A DNA stretch of 63,284 bases, the filler included, from Candidatus Rokuibacteriota bacterium (GTDB taxonomy: Bacteria; JAUVQV01; DATDCY01), in assembly GCA_031406795.1 (NCBI GenBank). It is 7 parts of 7 records of this genome, joined end to end, with 100 filler letters (N's around TTAATTAATTAA, not from the genome) between each part and the next. Parts side by side here need not be neighbours in the genome. Positions count along the whole stretch, not along the records: positions 38,443 to 42,116 come from JANOHV010000254.1; positions 42,217 to 56,096 come from JANOHV010000019.1; 5 more parts are not named here. One strand, given 5' to 3'. The notes under the pieces are model-generated. The model did no database searches. It was not told where the DNA came from and saw only the letters and a list, made by a program, of their open reading frames with translations. Each line of letters opens with the position of its first letter. Positions within the stretch are counted from its first letter, which is position 1. The translations under genes and the position numbers were made by a program. Below, piece by piece: positions 40,583-50,598 of this stretch.

Positions 40583-42116
40583 CCGGCGGGGCGAGTTCCT
40601 CGGCGAGATCGGTTCACCCGGCAGCGACGATCTCGGCTACTGGCCGGTCGAACAGATCCCGTGGCGGGTCGCCGCCGCGACGATCGCCGTCGAGGACCGG
40701 CGCTTCGGCCGGCACCCCGGCGTCGACCCGCTCGCGCTGGTGCGCGCGGCCTGGGGCAACCTGCGTCCCGGCCGCCGCAACTCCGGCGCCTCCACGCTCG
40801 CGATGCAGGTCGCGCGCATGCAGCGGCCCGGCGCGCGCAGGCTCTGGCGCAAGGGCGTCGAAGCGCTCGCCGCGCTCGGTCTGACGGCGCGCCACGGGCG
40901 CGATGGGGTGCTCGGGCAGTATCTGCGGCTCGCGCCCTACGGCAACCGCATCCACGGCATCGGCTATGCCGCCCGGCGCTACCTGGGCAAGCCGGTCGAG
41001 GATCTGAGCTGGGCTGAGGTCGCGTTCCTGACCGCGCTCCCGCAGGCGCCGGGCCGCATGAACCCCTACCTCCCGGCGGGGCGGGCCCGGGCGCTGGCGC
41101 GTGCCCGGCGCATCCTCGCGCTGCTGCGGGACACAGGCGCTCTGGCGCCCGCCGACCATGACATGGCCTTGCGCCAGATCGACGGCATCGTCGTTCCGCC
41201 GCTGCCCCGGCGGCCCGAGGACGCGCTGCACCCCATTCTGCGGCTCGCCTCGCAGTTCCGCGACCCCGCGGCCCGGCGGGTCCTCCCGAACCCGCCGCTT
41301 TTGCGCAGCACGATCGATTTGGGTCTGCAACAGGAGGTCGCCCGGCTGACGGCAGCCACCGTGCGGGCACTCGCGGAAGGGGGCGCGCGAAACGCCGCGG
41401 CGATCGTTCTGGATCGCGACACCGCCGAGATCCTCGCCTGGGTCGGCTCCGCCGGCTACTTCGATGCGCGGGACGCCGGCGCCATCGACTACGCGGCGGT
41501 GGCCCGGCCGGCCGGCAGCACCCTCAAGCCCTTCCTGTACGCCCTCGCGCTGGAACGCGGGGTAATCACCCCGGCCTCGATTCTCGACGACAGCGCGCGC
41601 GGTCCCGGCGGCGTGGAGAATGCCGACCAGGAGTTCCTCGGCCCGCTGCTGCCGCGATTCGCCCTGGCCAACTCGCGCAACGTCCCGGCGGTCCGGCTGC
41701 TGGAGCGCGTCGGCCTCGACGAGACCTGGTCGTTCTTCCGCGATCTCGGTCTGCACGACGGATCGAAGCCGGCGCGCGTGTACGGCTCGGGGCTGGCGCT
41801 CGGCGTGCTCCCGGTGAGCCTCGAAGCGCTCGTGCGCGGCGCGACGGCTCTGGCGAACGACGGCCTGCTCGGCGAACCGCACCTGATCGCCGGCCCGGAC
41901 AGGCGCCCGCCGCGCCGCGTGCTCGCGGAATCCGCCGCGCGGCAGGTCACGCTCTTTCTCTCCGACCCGATGGCCCGGCTCCCGGGGTTCCCGCGCATGG
42001 GCCCGAGCGAGTTCCCCTTCCCCGCGGCGGTGAAGACCGGCACCTCCTCCGGTTCCCGTGACGCGTGGACGGTGGCCTGGTCCGCGCGCGCCGTCGTCGG
42101 TGTCTGGGTCGGCCGC
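40583..42116 (+). pseudogene. pbpC: Penicillin-binding protein 1C, copy 2, lacking the N-terminal start and TM anchor (3' end off contig)
   Basis: Colinear with copy 1 from RRGEFLGEIG onward, frame open; no anchor or credible start upstream. Confidence 0.75.
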
Positions 42117-42216
42117 NNNNNNNNNNNNNNNNNNNNNNNNNNNNNNNNNNNNNNNNNNNNTTAATTAATTAANNNNNNNNNNNNNNNNNNNNNNNNNNNN
42201 NNNNNNNNNNNNNNNN
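42117..42216. other. Artificial contig spacer
   Basis: N + TTAATTAATTAA + N. Confidence 0.99.
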
Positions 42217-42338
42217 CCGTCGTGCTGCTGCCGGCCAAGGACTCCTGGGAGATGTTGCAGAAAAGCCTCTCGAACTTCACGGACGATTTCCTGGCACAGC
42301 GGAATCAGCCGCGTGCGCAGCAGCGGGAATCGCTGTGA
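42217..42338 (+). CDS. vapB: VapB antitoxin, C-terminal part (5' end off contig)
   Basis: VVLLPAKDSWEMLQKSLSNFTDDFLAQRNQPRAQQRESL*; GTGA overlap with vapC. Confidence 0.85.
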
Positions 42339-42742
42339 TCCAGTACCTGCTCGACACCAATACCTGCATCTTCCTGATCAAGAGCCGCTCGCAAACGCTG
42401 TTCGACAAAGTCGCCGCGCATCGGCCAGGTGAGATCGGGATTTCTTCGATCACGCTTGCCGAGCTGGAATACGGCGTGAGCAAGAGCGCTCATCCCGAGC
42501 GCAATCGCGAGGCCCTGCGGATGTTCACGATCCCGCTCGAGGTGGCTCCGTTCGATGACGCTTCGGCGGAGCACTATGGCAAGGTACGCTCCACTCTGGA
42601 GGCGGCAGGATCCCCGATCGGGCCTCTGGACACCCTGATCGCCGCACATGGTCTGGCGTTGAATGCCGTCGTGGTCACGAACAATACGCGCGAATTCAAG
42701 AAGGTGGCCGGACTTCGCGTCGAGGATTGGTCGGTGGCCTGA
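42335..42742 (+). CDS. vapC: VapC PIN-domain toxin
   Basis: YLLDTNTCI, ISSITLAELEYG, IGPLDTLIAAH, VTNNTREF. Confidence 0.96.
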   Translation: MIQYLLDTNTCIFLIKSRSQTLFDKVAAHRPGEIGISSITLAELEYGVSKSAHPERNREALRMFTIPLEVAPFDDASAEHYGKVRSTLEAAGSPIGPLDTLIAAHGLALNAVVVTNNTREFKKVAGLRVEDWSVA

Positions 42743-42895
42743 AGTACCAGTGTTCACCGGGCGTATCGGCGATCGGATTTATCAAGAGATCCAAAACGCA
42801 TGAGGCCCCGGTTCGACTGATGTTCTCGAGCTTGCGTTTGAGGATGCGCGATGATATCTGCGGGTTCTTGATCTAGGATTTAACCAGCCTCGGGG

Positions 42896-42949
42896 GTGGT
42901 ACACTTTTCGAGTGCCGAAGTGGCACACTTTTCGGCTGCCGGGATCACA
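42896..42949 (+). mobile_element. Solitary IS21-type terminal end
   Basis: Direct repeats GTGGTACACTTTTCGAGTGCCG and GTGGCACACTTTTCGGCTGCCG, ending …GATCACA. Confidence 0.65.
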
Positions 42950-43312
42950 GGTAGCTCCCTCATAAAGGGCGCCCTGGTCCTGCTGGCGCTGGTCTTCCTG
43001 GCATACATTCCGGCCCTGAAAGGCGGATATATTTGGGACGACGACCCCCACGTTCTCGCCATCACCACCCGCGGCGAACTGGCAGGGCGCTGGAGAATCT
43101 GGACTTCGCCGGGGGCTACGCCGCAGTATTACTCGCTCGTTCACACCACATTCTGGATCGAATACCACCTCTGGGGACCCAACCCCATCGGCTTTCACCT
43201 GGTCAATGTGATGTTGCACGCAGTTTCCGCCGTCGTCCTCTGGTTCCTTCTCCGCCGCCTGTCACTTCGCTGGTGCTGGCTTGCGGCCGCCGTCTTCGCA
43301 TTGCATCCGGTG
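42950..43312 (+). pseudogene. Fragment of a TMTC-like GT-C glycosyltransferase
   Basis: AYIPALKGGYIWDDD..QYY.L...TFWIEY..GFHLVNV.LHA..FALHPV, then homology ends; 5' end abuts the IS end. Confidence 0.75.
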
Positions 43313-43605
43313 CGGGTTCCCGGCAACGGGGGCCCGCCCTTTTGTCTATGTGACGATCAGGACTGCTGGGATCTAGACGCCCGCGCCCTTCAGGAGCATC
43401 CCCATGCACTTGGCGCTCTGGGATGTTCCCCGGGCGTGACCGCCGCCGGTTGCTGCCGGCGGGTCCGTGGATTTCGAGTACGTTCCCTGCGAGGACTGGG
43501 CTCTTCCCGGCGATGGGGCGTAGAGGCAGGTCTGTATTCTCGCGGCCCGGTTTCTTCCGTCGTGGCTCTTCGGGCGACTGTCGACCTGTTCTTCGGAATT
43601 GCGCC

Positions 43606-43634
43606 TTGACGTGCCTCAGTTTTGCCTGAATAAT
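43606..43634 (+). promoter_or_regulatory. Possible sigma70 promoter for cheR2
   Basis: TTGACG-N17-AATAAT. Confidence 0.55.
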
Positions 43635-43670
43635 TGCCGCCATCATGAGCCAAACAGCCCCCACAAGGGC

Positions 43671-45122
43671 GTGACGACAGCGCTCGACACCGGCCAGCTC
43701 TCACGACTGTGCGACTTCGTCAGCTCCCGGATGGCGCTGCAGTTTCCCCGCGAGCGCTGGGGCGAGCTGGAACGGAAGGTCGGCGCCGCGGCCCTGCAGT
43801 TCGGCCACGCCGTGGGCGCGGAGTTCGTCGAGTGGCTGCTCTCGACCGCGCCGAGCCGGGAACAGATCGAGATCCTGGCGAGCCACCTCACCATCGGCGA
43901 AACCTATTTCTGGCGCGAGCCCCAGGTCTTCGAGGCGCTCGAGGGACGGGTCCTGCCGGAGTTGATCCGCGCGCGTGGGCCGGGCGAGCGGCGGTTGCGG
44001 ATCTGGAGCGCGGGCTGCGCCACCGGCGAGGAGCCGTACTCGATCGCCATGGCGGTGCACCGGGTTCTCCCGGCGCGCAAAACGTGGAACGTCACCATCC
44101 TGGCGACCGACATCAACCCCCTGGTTCTGCACCGGGCGGCGGCAGCCGTCTACGGCGGGTGGTCGTTTCGCAACTCGCCCCGGTGGCTGAAAGAGAGCTA
44201 CTTCACCCGCCGTGAAGACGGGAGACACGAGCTCTCGCCGGAAATCCGCTCGATGGTCACCTTCGCCTACCTGAACCTGGCCGAAGACATCTACCCCTCT
44301 CCAGTGAACAACACGAACGCGATGGACATCATCTTCTGCCGGAATGTGCTGATGTATTTTTCGCCGGAGCGCGTCCGGAAGGTCGGCGAGAGCCTCTTTC
44401 GCTCTCTCGTGCCGGACGGCTGGATGATGGTCAGCGCCACCGAACTCTCCCAGGAACTCTTCCCACGGTTCGTGCCGATCCACTCCCACGGGGCGATCCT
44501 CTACCGGCGTGACCGCAGGGAATCGCAGGGGGACCCGCGGGAAACCGGGGAGGACCGCCGGGCGCCGCGGTCGCCGGAGCCGTCCTTCGCCGCGGAATCT
44601 TTTTTGCCGGTTACGTCGCAGACGCCACAATCCTTCTCGTGCCCCGCACCGCCACCGTCTGCCGACTTCCCGGTCCCGGAATCCCTGGCCGAAGCCGTCG
44701 TGAAACCTGCCGCCGGCAGGCCATGCCCCGGCGCAGCCGAAGTCCGCGCGCTCGCCAACCGGGGACTCCTCTCCCAGGCGTTGGCAACCTGCGAGGAGGC
44801 CATCGCCGGCGACAAGGCCGATTCCGGCCTGCAGTATCTCGCCGCAGTCATCCTCCTGGAGCTGGACCGGAAGCTGGATGCGGTTGCCGCCTTCAGGAGG
44901 TCGATCTATCTCGACCAGAATTTCGTGCTGGCCTATTTTTCGCTTGGCAACCTGCTGCTGCATCAGAAGAAGGCGAAAGCGGCGAGGAAGTGCTTCGAGA
45001 ACGTAATGTTCCTCATCGGCGGTCTTCCGGACGACGAGATCCTCCCCGAATCCGAGGGTCTGACCGCGGGCCGGCTCAGACAGATCGTGCACGCCACCCT
45101 CGCGGCGGTGGCGCTTGAGTAG
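43671..45122 (+). CDS. cheR: CheR methyltransferase with C-terminal TPR (WspC/FrzF-like)
   Basis: TIGETYFWRE, WSAGCATGEEPYS, FCRNVLMYF; TPR ..FRRSIYLDQNFVLAYFSLGNL; start uncertain. Confidence 0.92.
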   Translation: MTTALDTGQLSRLCDFVSSRMALQFPRERWGELERKVGAAALQFGHAVGAEFVEWLLSTAPSREQIEILASHLTIGETYFWREPQVFEALEGRVLPELIRARGPGERRLRIWSAGCATGEEPYSIAMAVHRVLPARKTWNVTILATDINPLVLHRAAAAVYGGWSFRNSPRWLKESYFTRREDGRHELSPEIRSMVTFAYLNLAEDIYPSPVNNTNAMDIIFCRNVLMYFSPERVRKVGESLFRSLVPDGWMMVSATELSQELFPRFVPIHSHGAILYRRDRRESQGDPRETGEDRRAPRSPEPSFAAESFLPVTSQTPQSFSCPAPPPSADFPVPESLAEAVVKPAAGRPCPGAAEVRALANRGLLSQALATCEEAIAGDKADSGLQYLAAVILLELDRKLDAVAAFRRSIYLDQNFVLAYFSLGNLLLHQKKAKAARKCFENVMFLIGGLPDDEILPESEGLTAGRLRQIVHATLAAVALE

Positions 45123-45503
45123 GGACGTCCGGCGATCGTGCCGAGTTCCACCCCGGTCCCGGTCGGGCGGTACCCCGATCGATGGCTGATCTACTACTTC
45201 GGAAAATCATCGCGCGGGGCGACGCTTTTTTAACAGCTTTCTCTAGCAAAGCCGATAGAGATGCTGATTCAGAATGTGTTCCCGTGGACAAGCCTCCATA
45301 GTCTTGCGGGCGAAACGCCCGCGCTAGGACCTCCACGCGCACTCGTTGCGCTCCCCCGAACCCACACGGTGTGCGTGTTTTCACTTGAAACAATGCGATA
45401 ATGAGCGCCTAATCACAGCGACAAGTCAACAGCATCGAACAGCGCTCCGGAATGCGGCCACGGGAAACACCAGGCACGATCCGCGGGAGGCAGTACGAGT
45501 GCA

Positions 45504-45974
45504 ATGATTGGGACCGGAAAACAGCAGATCCTCGTTTTCACTCTGGACGAGCCGATGTATGCCCTGCCGCTCAGCGCGGTGGAGCGTGTCGTGCGCGCGG
45601 TCGAAATCACGCCTCTACCGAAAGCGCCGGGGATCGTTCTCGGCGCGATCAACGCCCAGGGGCGGGTCATTCCCGTGGTGGACATGCGCCGGCGCTTCCG
45701 GCTGCCGGCGCGGGAGATGCTCCCGGACGACCGCTTCATTATCGCGCGCACGGCCAGGCGGCTCGTGGCACTGGCAGCCGACGACGTGGCCGGCGTCCAT
45801 GAATGTTCGCCGGGTGAGATGGTGATCGCCGCGGACGCGCTCCCCTTTGCGGGGTATCTCCAGGGGGTTGCCAAACTGGAGGAAGGCCTGGTTCTGATCA
45901 CGGACCTGGACGCCTTCCTCTCCCTGGACGAGGAGTCGCTGCTGGATGCGGCACTCGCGGGGGATCAGGCGTGA
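45504..45974 (+). CDS. cheW: CheW-like adaptor
   Basis: LVFTLD..YALPL..VERV..GAINAQGRVIPVVD. Confidence 0.9.
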   Translation: MIGTGKQQILVFTLDEPMYALPLSAVERVVRAVEITPLPKAPGIVLGAINAQGRVIPVVDMRRRFRLPAREMLPDDRFIIARTARRLVALAADDVAGVHECSPGEMVIAADALPFAGYLQGVAKLEEGLVLITDLDAFLSLDEESLLDAALAGDQA

Positions 45975-46522
45975 TGCCTTCCGTTCACCACGAAGCCGGA
46001 GTAACCCGCGAGCGGCGGGCCCTTCTCAAAGAGCGGGCCCGCGCACTGGCGTTGGAACCCCCTGCGTCCGCCGCCGCGCAGGCGTTGCTCGAAATCGTCG
46101 AGTTTCGCCTCGGGGCGGAGACCTACGGCATCGGCGCCGCGTACGTCCGCGAAATCTGCCAGCTCCAGGAGTTCACGCCGCTGCCCGGGACGCCGCCGTT
46201 CGTGCTTGGCTTAATCAACGTGCGCGGCCAGATCCTCTCGGTCGTCGATCTGAAGAAGATCTTCACGCTGCCGGAGAAGGGCCTCGGGCAGCTCAACAAG
46301 GTGATCATCCTGCGCGACGAGCGGATGGAGTTCGGGATCCTGGCCGACGAGATCCTCGGGGCGCGGGCGATCCCGAACGAGACGATTCAGACGCCGCCCC
46401 CGACCGTCGCCGGGCTCGGTGCGGAATACCTGCTGGGGGTGACCGGGGAGCGGGTGATCATCCTCGACGCAAGGAAGATCCTCCATTACGAGAAGCTGCT
46501 CGTGCACCAGGAGGCAGAATAG
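45971..46522 (+). CDS. cheW: CheW-like adaptor
   Basis: LKERARALA..EFRLGAETYG..GLINVRGQILSVVDL. Confidence 0.92.
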   Translation: MMPSVHHEAGVTRERRALLKERARALALEPPASAAAQALLEIVEFRLGAETYGIGAAYVREICQLQEFTPLPGTPPFVLGLINVRGQILSVVDLKKIFTLPEKGLGQLNKVIILRDERMEFGILADEILGARAIPNETIQTPPPTVAGLGAEYLLGVTGERVIILDARKILHYEKLLVHQEAE

Positions 46523-46527
46523 GGCCT

Positions 46528-46597
46528 GCGGGCGGGGGTGAATCTCTCCCCTACGAACAACGACACGGTTGCAGGGGCGGGGTTGAGCCCCGCCCGG
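46528..46597. repeat. Inverted pair of GTAG-type REP palindromes
   Basis: …GGGGGTGAATCTCTCCCCTAC and GCAGGGGCGGGGTTGAGCCCCGCCCG, same family as 25684 and 27198. Confidence 0.7.
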
Positions 46598-46650
46598 GAA
46601 GATTTGGAGTTTCAGGAAGGACGCATGAACGTGACAAGGAGGAGTACGGC

Positions 46651-48282
46651 ATGAAGTGGTTCATCGATCTGTCGATCCGCACCAAGGTCCTGATCGGCTT
46701 CGGCGGGATGTGGCTCTTCCTCGCCGTGGTGACCGTCGTCTCCTACCGTGGTCTCGAAGCGATCCGCCTCTCGGAGCAGGGGCTGCACGACACCAACTTC
46801 CAGGTCGCGCTCGAACTCAGGACGTTTCGCGCAAACCTGAACTATATCCGCGCCAAGGTCCTGGAGCTGATACTCACCTCGGAAATATCGACCAGGGACA
46901 AGATCGAGACGGATATCCGGGATCGCGGTGCGCAGCAGGACGCGCTGCTCGAGAAACTCCTCAAGATCGAACCGGACCCCCAAAATCAGGCCGCGTACCG
47001 GCAGCTCAAGGAGATGCTGGCAAGCTACAACCAGAACCGCGAAAAACAAGTCGCCATGATTCATGCCGGCAACGTCGAGGAGGCGCGGCTCATGGGGATT
47101 GGCGAGCAGGAGGATCTTTACGAGAAGATCCGCACCTTGTCCCAGGAACTTGGTGACAAGACGGAGAAGGTGGCGGATGGGCAGCTCGCCACCGACATGG
47201 CCGCCGCCAAGGCCGTTGAGTTGGTCTTCGTCAGCTGCGCCGGCGCAGCACTGTTGTTCGCGGTCTTCATGACGGTGTTGATCAACAAGACCGTCGCGCA
47301 GCCGCTCGCCGGGATCTCGAAGCTGGCCACCCAGGTTGCCGGCGGCGATCTGTCGGTCGCACTGGCCGAGGATCAGCGCCAGGACGAAATCGGGACCCTC
47401 GGCCGGGCGTTTCGCCTGATGGTCGAAAACCTGCGACGCTCGACCGCGGAGATTCAAGAGGCGGTCAACCTGCTCGGCTCCACGGCGAGCGAGATCCTGG
47501 CCTCGACGATCGAGGTCGCCACCGGCACGGCCGAGACGGCGACCGCGATCAGCGAGACCACGACGACGGTCGAGGAGGTGCGGCAGGCCGCGCAGCTCTC
47601 CTCCCAGAAGGCGAAGAACGTCGCCGACAGCGCGCAGCGGGTCGCCCTGGTCGGGCAGGCCGGCCAGAAGTCCGTCGACGAGGTGGTCGCCGGCATGACG
47701 CATATCAGGACGCAGATGGATTCGATCGCAGCGACGATCGTGCGGCTGAGCGAGCAGAGCCAGTCGATCGGCGGGATCATCGCGGCGGTGACCGACATCG
47801 CGGACCAGTCGAACCTGCTGGCGGTCAACGCGGCGATCGAGGCGACGCGCGCGGGCGAGCAGGGGAAGGCCTTCGGGGTGGTGGCACAGGAGATCAAGAG
47901 CCTGGCCGAGCAGTCCAAGCAGGCGACGCTGCAGGTGCGCGGCATCCTCAGCGACGTGCAGCGGGCGACCAGCGCGGCCGTGATGGCCACGGAGCAGGGG
48001 AGCAAGTCCGTTGAGGCGGGCGTGCGCCAGTCGGCCCTGGCCGGCGAGGCGATCACGCGGCTGGCCGAGAGCAGTCAGGAGGCGGTGCAGATCGCGACGC
48101 AGATCGTCGCCTCGAGCCAGCAGCAGGTGGTGGGGATGGACCAGATTGGCTTGGCGATGGAGAACATCAACAAGGCCGGGGCGCAGACGGCGGCGAGCAC
48201 CACGCAGGTGGAGACCGCGGCGCGCAACCTGAACGAGATGGGGCAGAAGCTCAAGACGTTGGTCGAGCAGTTCAAGGGCTGA
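46651..48282 (+). CDS. Methyl-accepting chemotaxis protein (four-helix-bundle sensor)
   Basis: SD AGGAGGAG; TM-4HB-TM-HAMP; IADQSNLLAVNAAIEA. Confidence 0.93.
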   Translation: MKWFIDLSIRTKVLIGFGGMWLFLAVVTVVSYRGLEAIRLSEQGLHDTNFQVALELRTFRANLNYIRAKVLELILTSEISTRDKIETDIRDRGAQQDALLEKLLKIEPDPQNQAAYRQLKEMLASYNQNREKQVAMIHAGNVEEARLMGIGEQEDLYEKIRTLSQELGDKTEKVADGQLATDMAAAKAVELVFVSCAGAALLFAVFMTVLINKTVAQPLAGISKLATQVAGGDLSVALAEDQRQDEIGTLGRAFRLMVENLRRSTAEIQEAVNLLGSTASEILASTIEVATGTAETATAISETTTTVEEVRQAAQLSSQKAKNVADSAQRVALVGQAGQKSVDEVVAGMTHIRTQMDSIAATIVRLSEQSQSIGGIIAAVTDIADQSNLLAVNAAIEATRAGEQGKAFGVVAQEIKSLAEQSKQATLQVRGILSDVQRATSAAVMATEQGSKSVEAGVRQSALAGEAITRLAESSQEAVQIATQIVASSQQQVVGMDQIGLAMENINKAGAQTAASTTQVETAARNLNEMGQKLKTLVEQFKG

Positions 48283-48298
48283 CAGGTCCGAGCGCTGC

Positions 48299-50581
48299 AT
48301 GGATCAGAACGAAGTCGACTTTCTCAAGCGGCTCCAGGCGACCTTCCGGGTGGAGGCCGAGGAGCACGTGCAGGCGCTGCGCACCGGCCTGCTCGAACTG
48401 GAGAAGGCGCCGACGCCGGCGGAACGGGCGGCGCTGGTCGAGCGGGTGTTCCGCGAGGCGCACAGCCTCAAGGGGGCCGCCCGGTCGGTGAGCCTGCGGG
48501 AGGTCGAGACCGTCTGCCAGGCGCTCGAGGGGACGTTCGCGGCGCTCAAGCGCGAGGAGATCGACCTGTCGCCGGCGCTCGGCGACTTGTTTCATCGCGC
48601 GGTTGACGCGATCGCGCTGCTTGTCGCCGCCGCCGGCGTGGAGCGCACGACGGCGGAACGCGCCGCCGCCAGGGATCTGATCCGGCAGCTGGGGGAGGCG
48701 GCCTCCTCTGGCAGCACGGCCGTCGGTCTCGCGCACGACCCCGAGGCGCCCCGGTCGGGCGCGGGGGGGGGGGCGCCGGGGCAGCCGGCAACGCCGCCCC
48801 GGGAGGAGAGCATCCCCGCGGCGGGGGAAGGGACCCAGCACGCGCCGCCGGAGGGTCAGTTCGGCCCGGCGGGGAGCATCAGGATCCCGAGCTTCAAGCT
48901 CGACCCGCTGCTGCTGCAGGCCGAGGAGATGATCGCGGCGAAGATGGCGGCCAGCCAGCGCGTCGCCGACATGCACGAGATCTCCCGCGAACTGGCGGTG
49001 TGGCAGCGCGAGGAGGCGCTTCGCACCGATCGTCACGCCGGAACCGGGGAACGGCTCCTGGCGCTGCACGGGCGTGCGGTGGCCGTGACGCAGACCCTGG
49101 AGAAGGACCAGCGCCGGCTCCGGCGCATGGTGGACGAGCACCTCGAGGCGGTGAAGCAGGTCATGATGTTGCCGATCGCCACGCTCGTGGAGGTCATGCC
49201 CCGGCTGGTCCGCGACCTCGCCCGCGATCAGGGCAAGGAGGTGGAGCTGGTCGTGAGCGGCGCCGAGCTGGAGATCGACAAGCGGATCCTGGAGGAGCTC
49301 AAGGACCCGCTGATCCACCTTGTGCGCAACTGCGTCGACCACGGCATCGGCAAGCCCGAGGAGCGCGCCGCGGCGGGGAAGCCGCGCCGGGGCACGCTGA
49401 CGTTGAGCTTCGGCGCCACGGTCGGGCGGCAGCTGGAGGTGACCGTCGCCGACGACGGCGCGGGTATCGACGCCGAGAAAGTGCGCGCGGCGGCGATCCG
49501 CTCCGGCGCCGTCTCCCCGGAGCAGGCCGGGAAGCTCGACCCGGGCGCGACGCTGGCGCTGATCTTCCGCTCGGGGGTCACCACCAGCCGGATCATCACC
49601 GACATCTCGGGGCGCGGTCTGGGCCTGGCGATCGTGCGCGAGAAGGTCGAGCGCCTCAATGGCACCGTGGCAGTCGAGAGCGTTGCCGGCCGGGGCACCC
49701 GCTTTCGCCTGCTGTTGCCGCTGACGCTCGCCACGTTCCGCGGCGTTCTGGTGCGCGAGGGCGAGCAGCTCTTCGTGCTGCCGAGCGTCAACGTCGAGCG
49801 CGCGACGCGGGCGCTGCCGGAGGAGATCCAGACCGTCGAAAACCGCGAGACGATCCGCCTGGATGGGCAGGTGCTCTCGCTGGTTCGGCTGCGCGACGTC
49901 CTGGGGATGAGTGTCCGGGCCGCCAAGCCGGAGCGGGGGGGCGCTGGCGACGGCGTCCCGGGAACCCCGGTTCCCTGTGTGGTGCTCGCCTCCGGCGACG
50001 CGCGCATCGCCTTCCGGGTCGACGCGGTCCTCGACGAACTGCAGGTGCTGGTCAAGGGGCTGGGCCGGCAGCTGAGCCGGGTGCGCAACGTCGCCGGCGC
50101 GACCATCCTCGGCACCGGCCAGGTGGTGCCGGTGCTCAACGCCGCCGACCTGATGAAATCCGCCGTGCGCGCCCCGGCCGCGGTCCGCGCGGCGGCGGTC
50201 GAGCCGGCAGCTGCGAGAACGGGCACCATCCTCGTCGCCGAGGATTCGATCACCTCGCGCACCCTGATCAAAAACATCCTCGAGACGGCCGGCTACCGCG
50301 TGACAACTGCCGTCGACGGCGCGGACGGCCTGATGCAGTTGCGCGCCGGCGATTTCGACCTGGTCGTATCGGACGTCGACATGCCGAGACTGAGCGGCTT
50401 CGAGCTGACCGAGCGGATCCGCGCCGACAAGAAGCTCGCCGACCTGCCGGTCGTGCTGGTGACCGCGCTCGAATCGCGCGAGGACCGCGAGCGCGGCGTC
50501 GAGGCCGGCGCGAACGCCTACATCGTCAAGAGCAGCTTCGACCAGAGCAACCTGCTCGAAGTGGTCCGCAGGCTGTTGTGA
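48299..50581 (+). CDS. cheA: Hybrid CheA with C-terminal receiver
   Basis: Hpt FREAHSLKGAA; HLVRNCVDHG; SGRGLGL; CheW domain; REC LVAEDS..VSDVDMP. Confidence 0.95.
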   Translation: MDQNEVDFLKRLQATFRVEAEEHVQALRTGLLELEKAPTPAERAALVERVFREAHSLKGAARSVSLREVETVCQALEGTFAALKREEIDLSPALGDLFHRAVDAIALLVAAAGVERTTAERAAARDLIRQLGEAASSGSTAVGLAHDPEAPRSGAGGGAPGQPATPPREESIPAAGEGTQHAPPEGQFGPAGSIRIPSFKLDPLLLQAEEMIAAKMAASQRVADMHEISRELAVWQREEALRTDRHAGTGERLLALHGRAVAVTQTLEKDQRRLRRMVDEHLEAVKQVMMLPIATLVEVMPRLVRDLARDQGKEVELVVSGAELEIDKRILEELKDPLIHLVRNCVDHGIGKPEERAAAGKPRRGTLTLSFGATVGRQLEVTVADDGAGIDAEKVRAAAIRSGAVSPEQAGKLDPGATLALIFRSGVTTSRIITDISGRGLGLAIVREKVERLNGTVAVESVAGRGTRFRLLLPLTLATFRGVLVREGEQLFVLPSVNVERATRALPEEIQTVENRETIRLDGQVLSLVRLRDVLGMSVRAAKPERGGAGDGVPGTPVPCVVLASGDARIAFRVDAVLDELQVLVKGLGRQLSRVRNVAGATILGTGQVVPVLNAADLMKSAVRAPAAVRAAAVEPAAARTGTILVAEDSITSRTLIKNILETAGYRVTTAVDGADGLMQLRAGDFDLVVSDVDMPRLSGFELTERIRADKKLADLPVVLVTALESREDRERGVEAGANAYIVKSSFDQSNLLEVVRRLL

Positions 50582-50598
50582 TGGAAGGCGGGAAGAGA

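Noticed and set aside
38443-42116. pbpC inverted pair as an amplification fold-back artefact
   Set aside because: The copies differ at many positions, including amino-acid changes, which a fold-back chimera would not produce
43313-43600. ORFs between the TMTC fragment and cheR
   Set aside because: No recognisable protein in any frame; treated as decayed or intergenic DNA
45286-45345. GAAA-containing hairpin as a c-di-GMP-I riboswitch
   Set aside because: Lacks the GGCAAA…GACGCAAAG context and the second receptor stem
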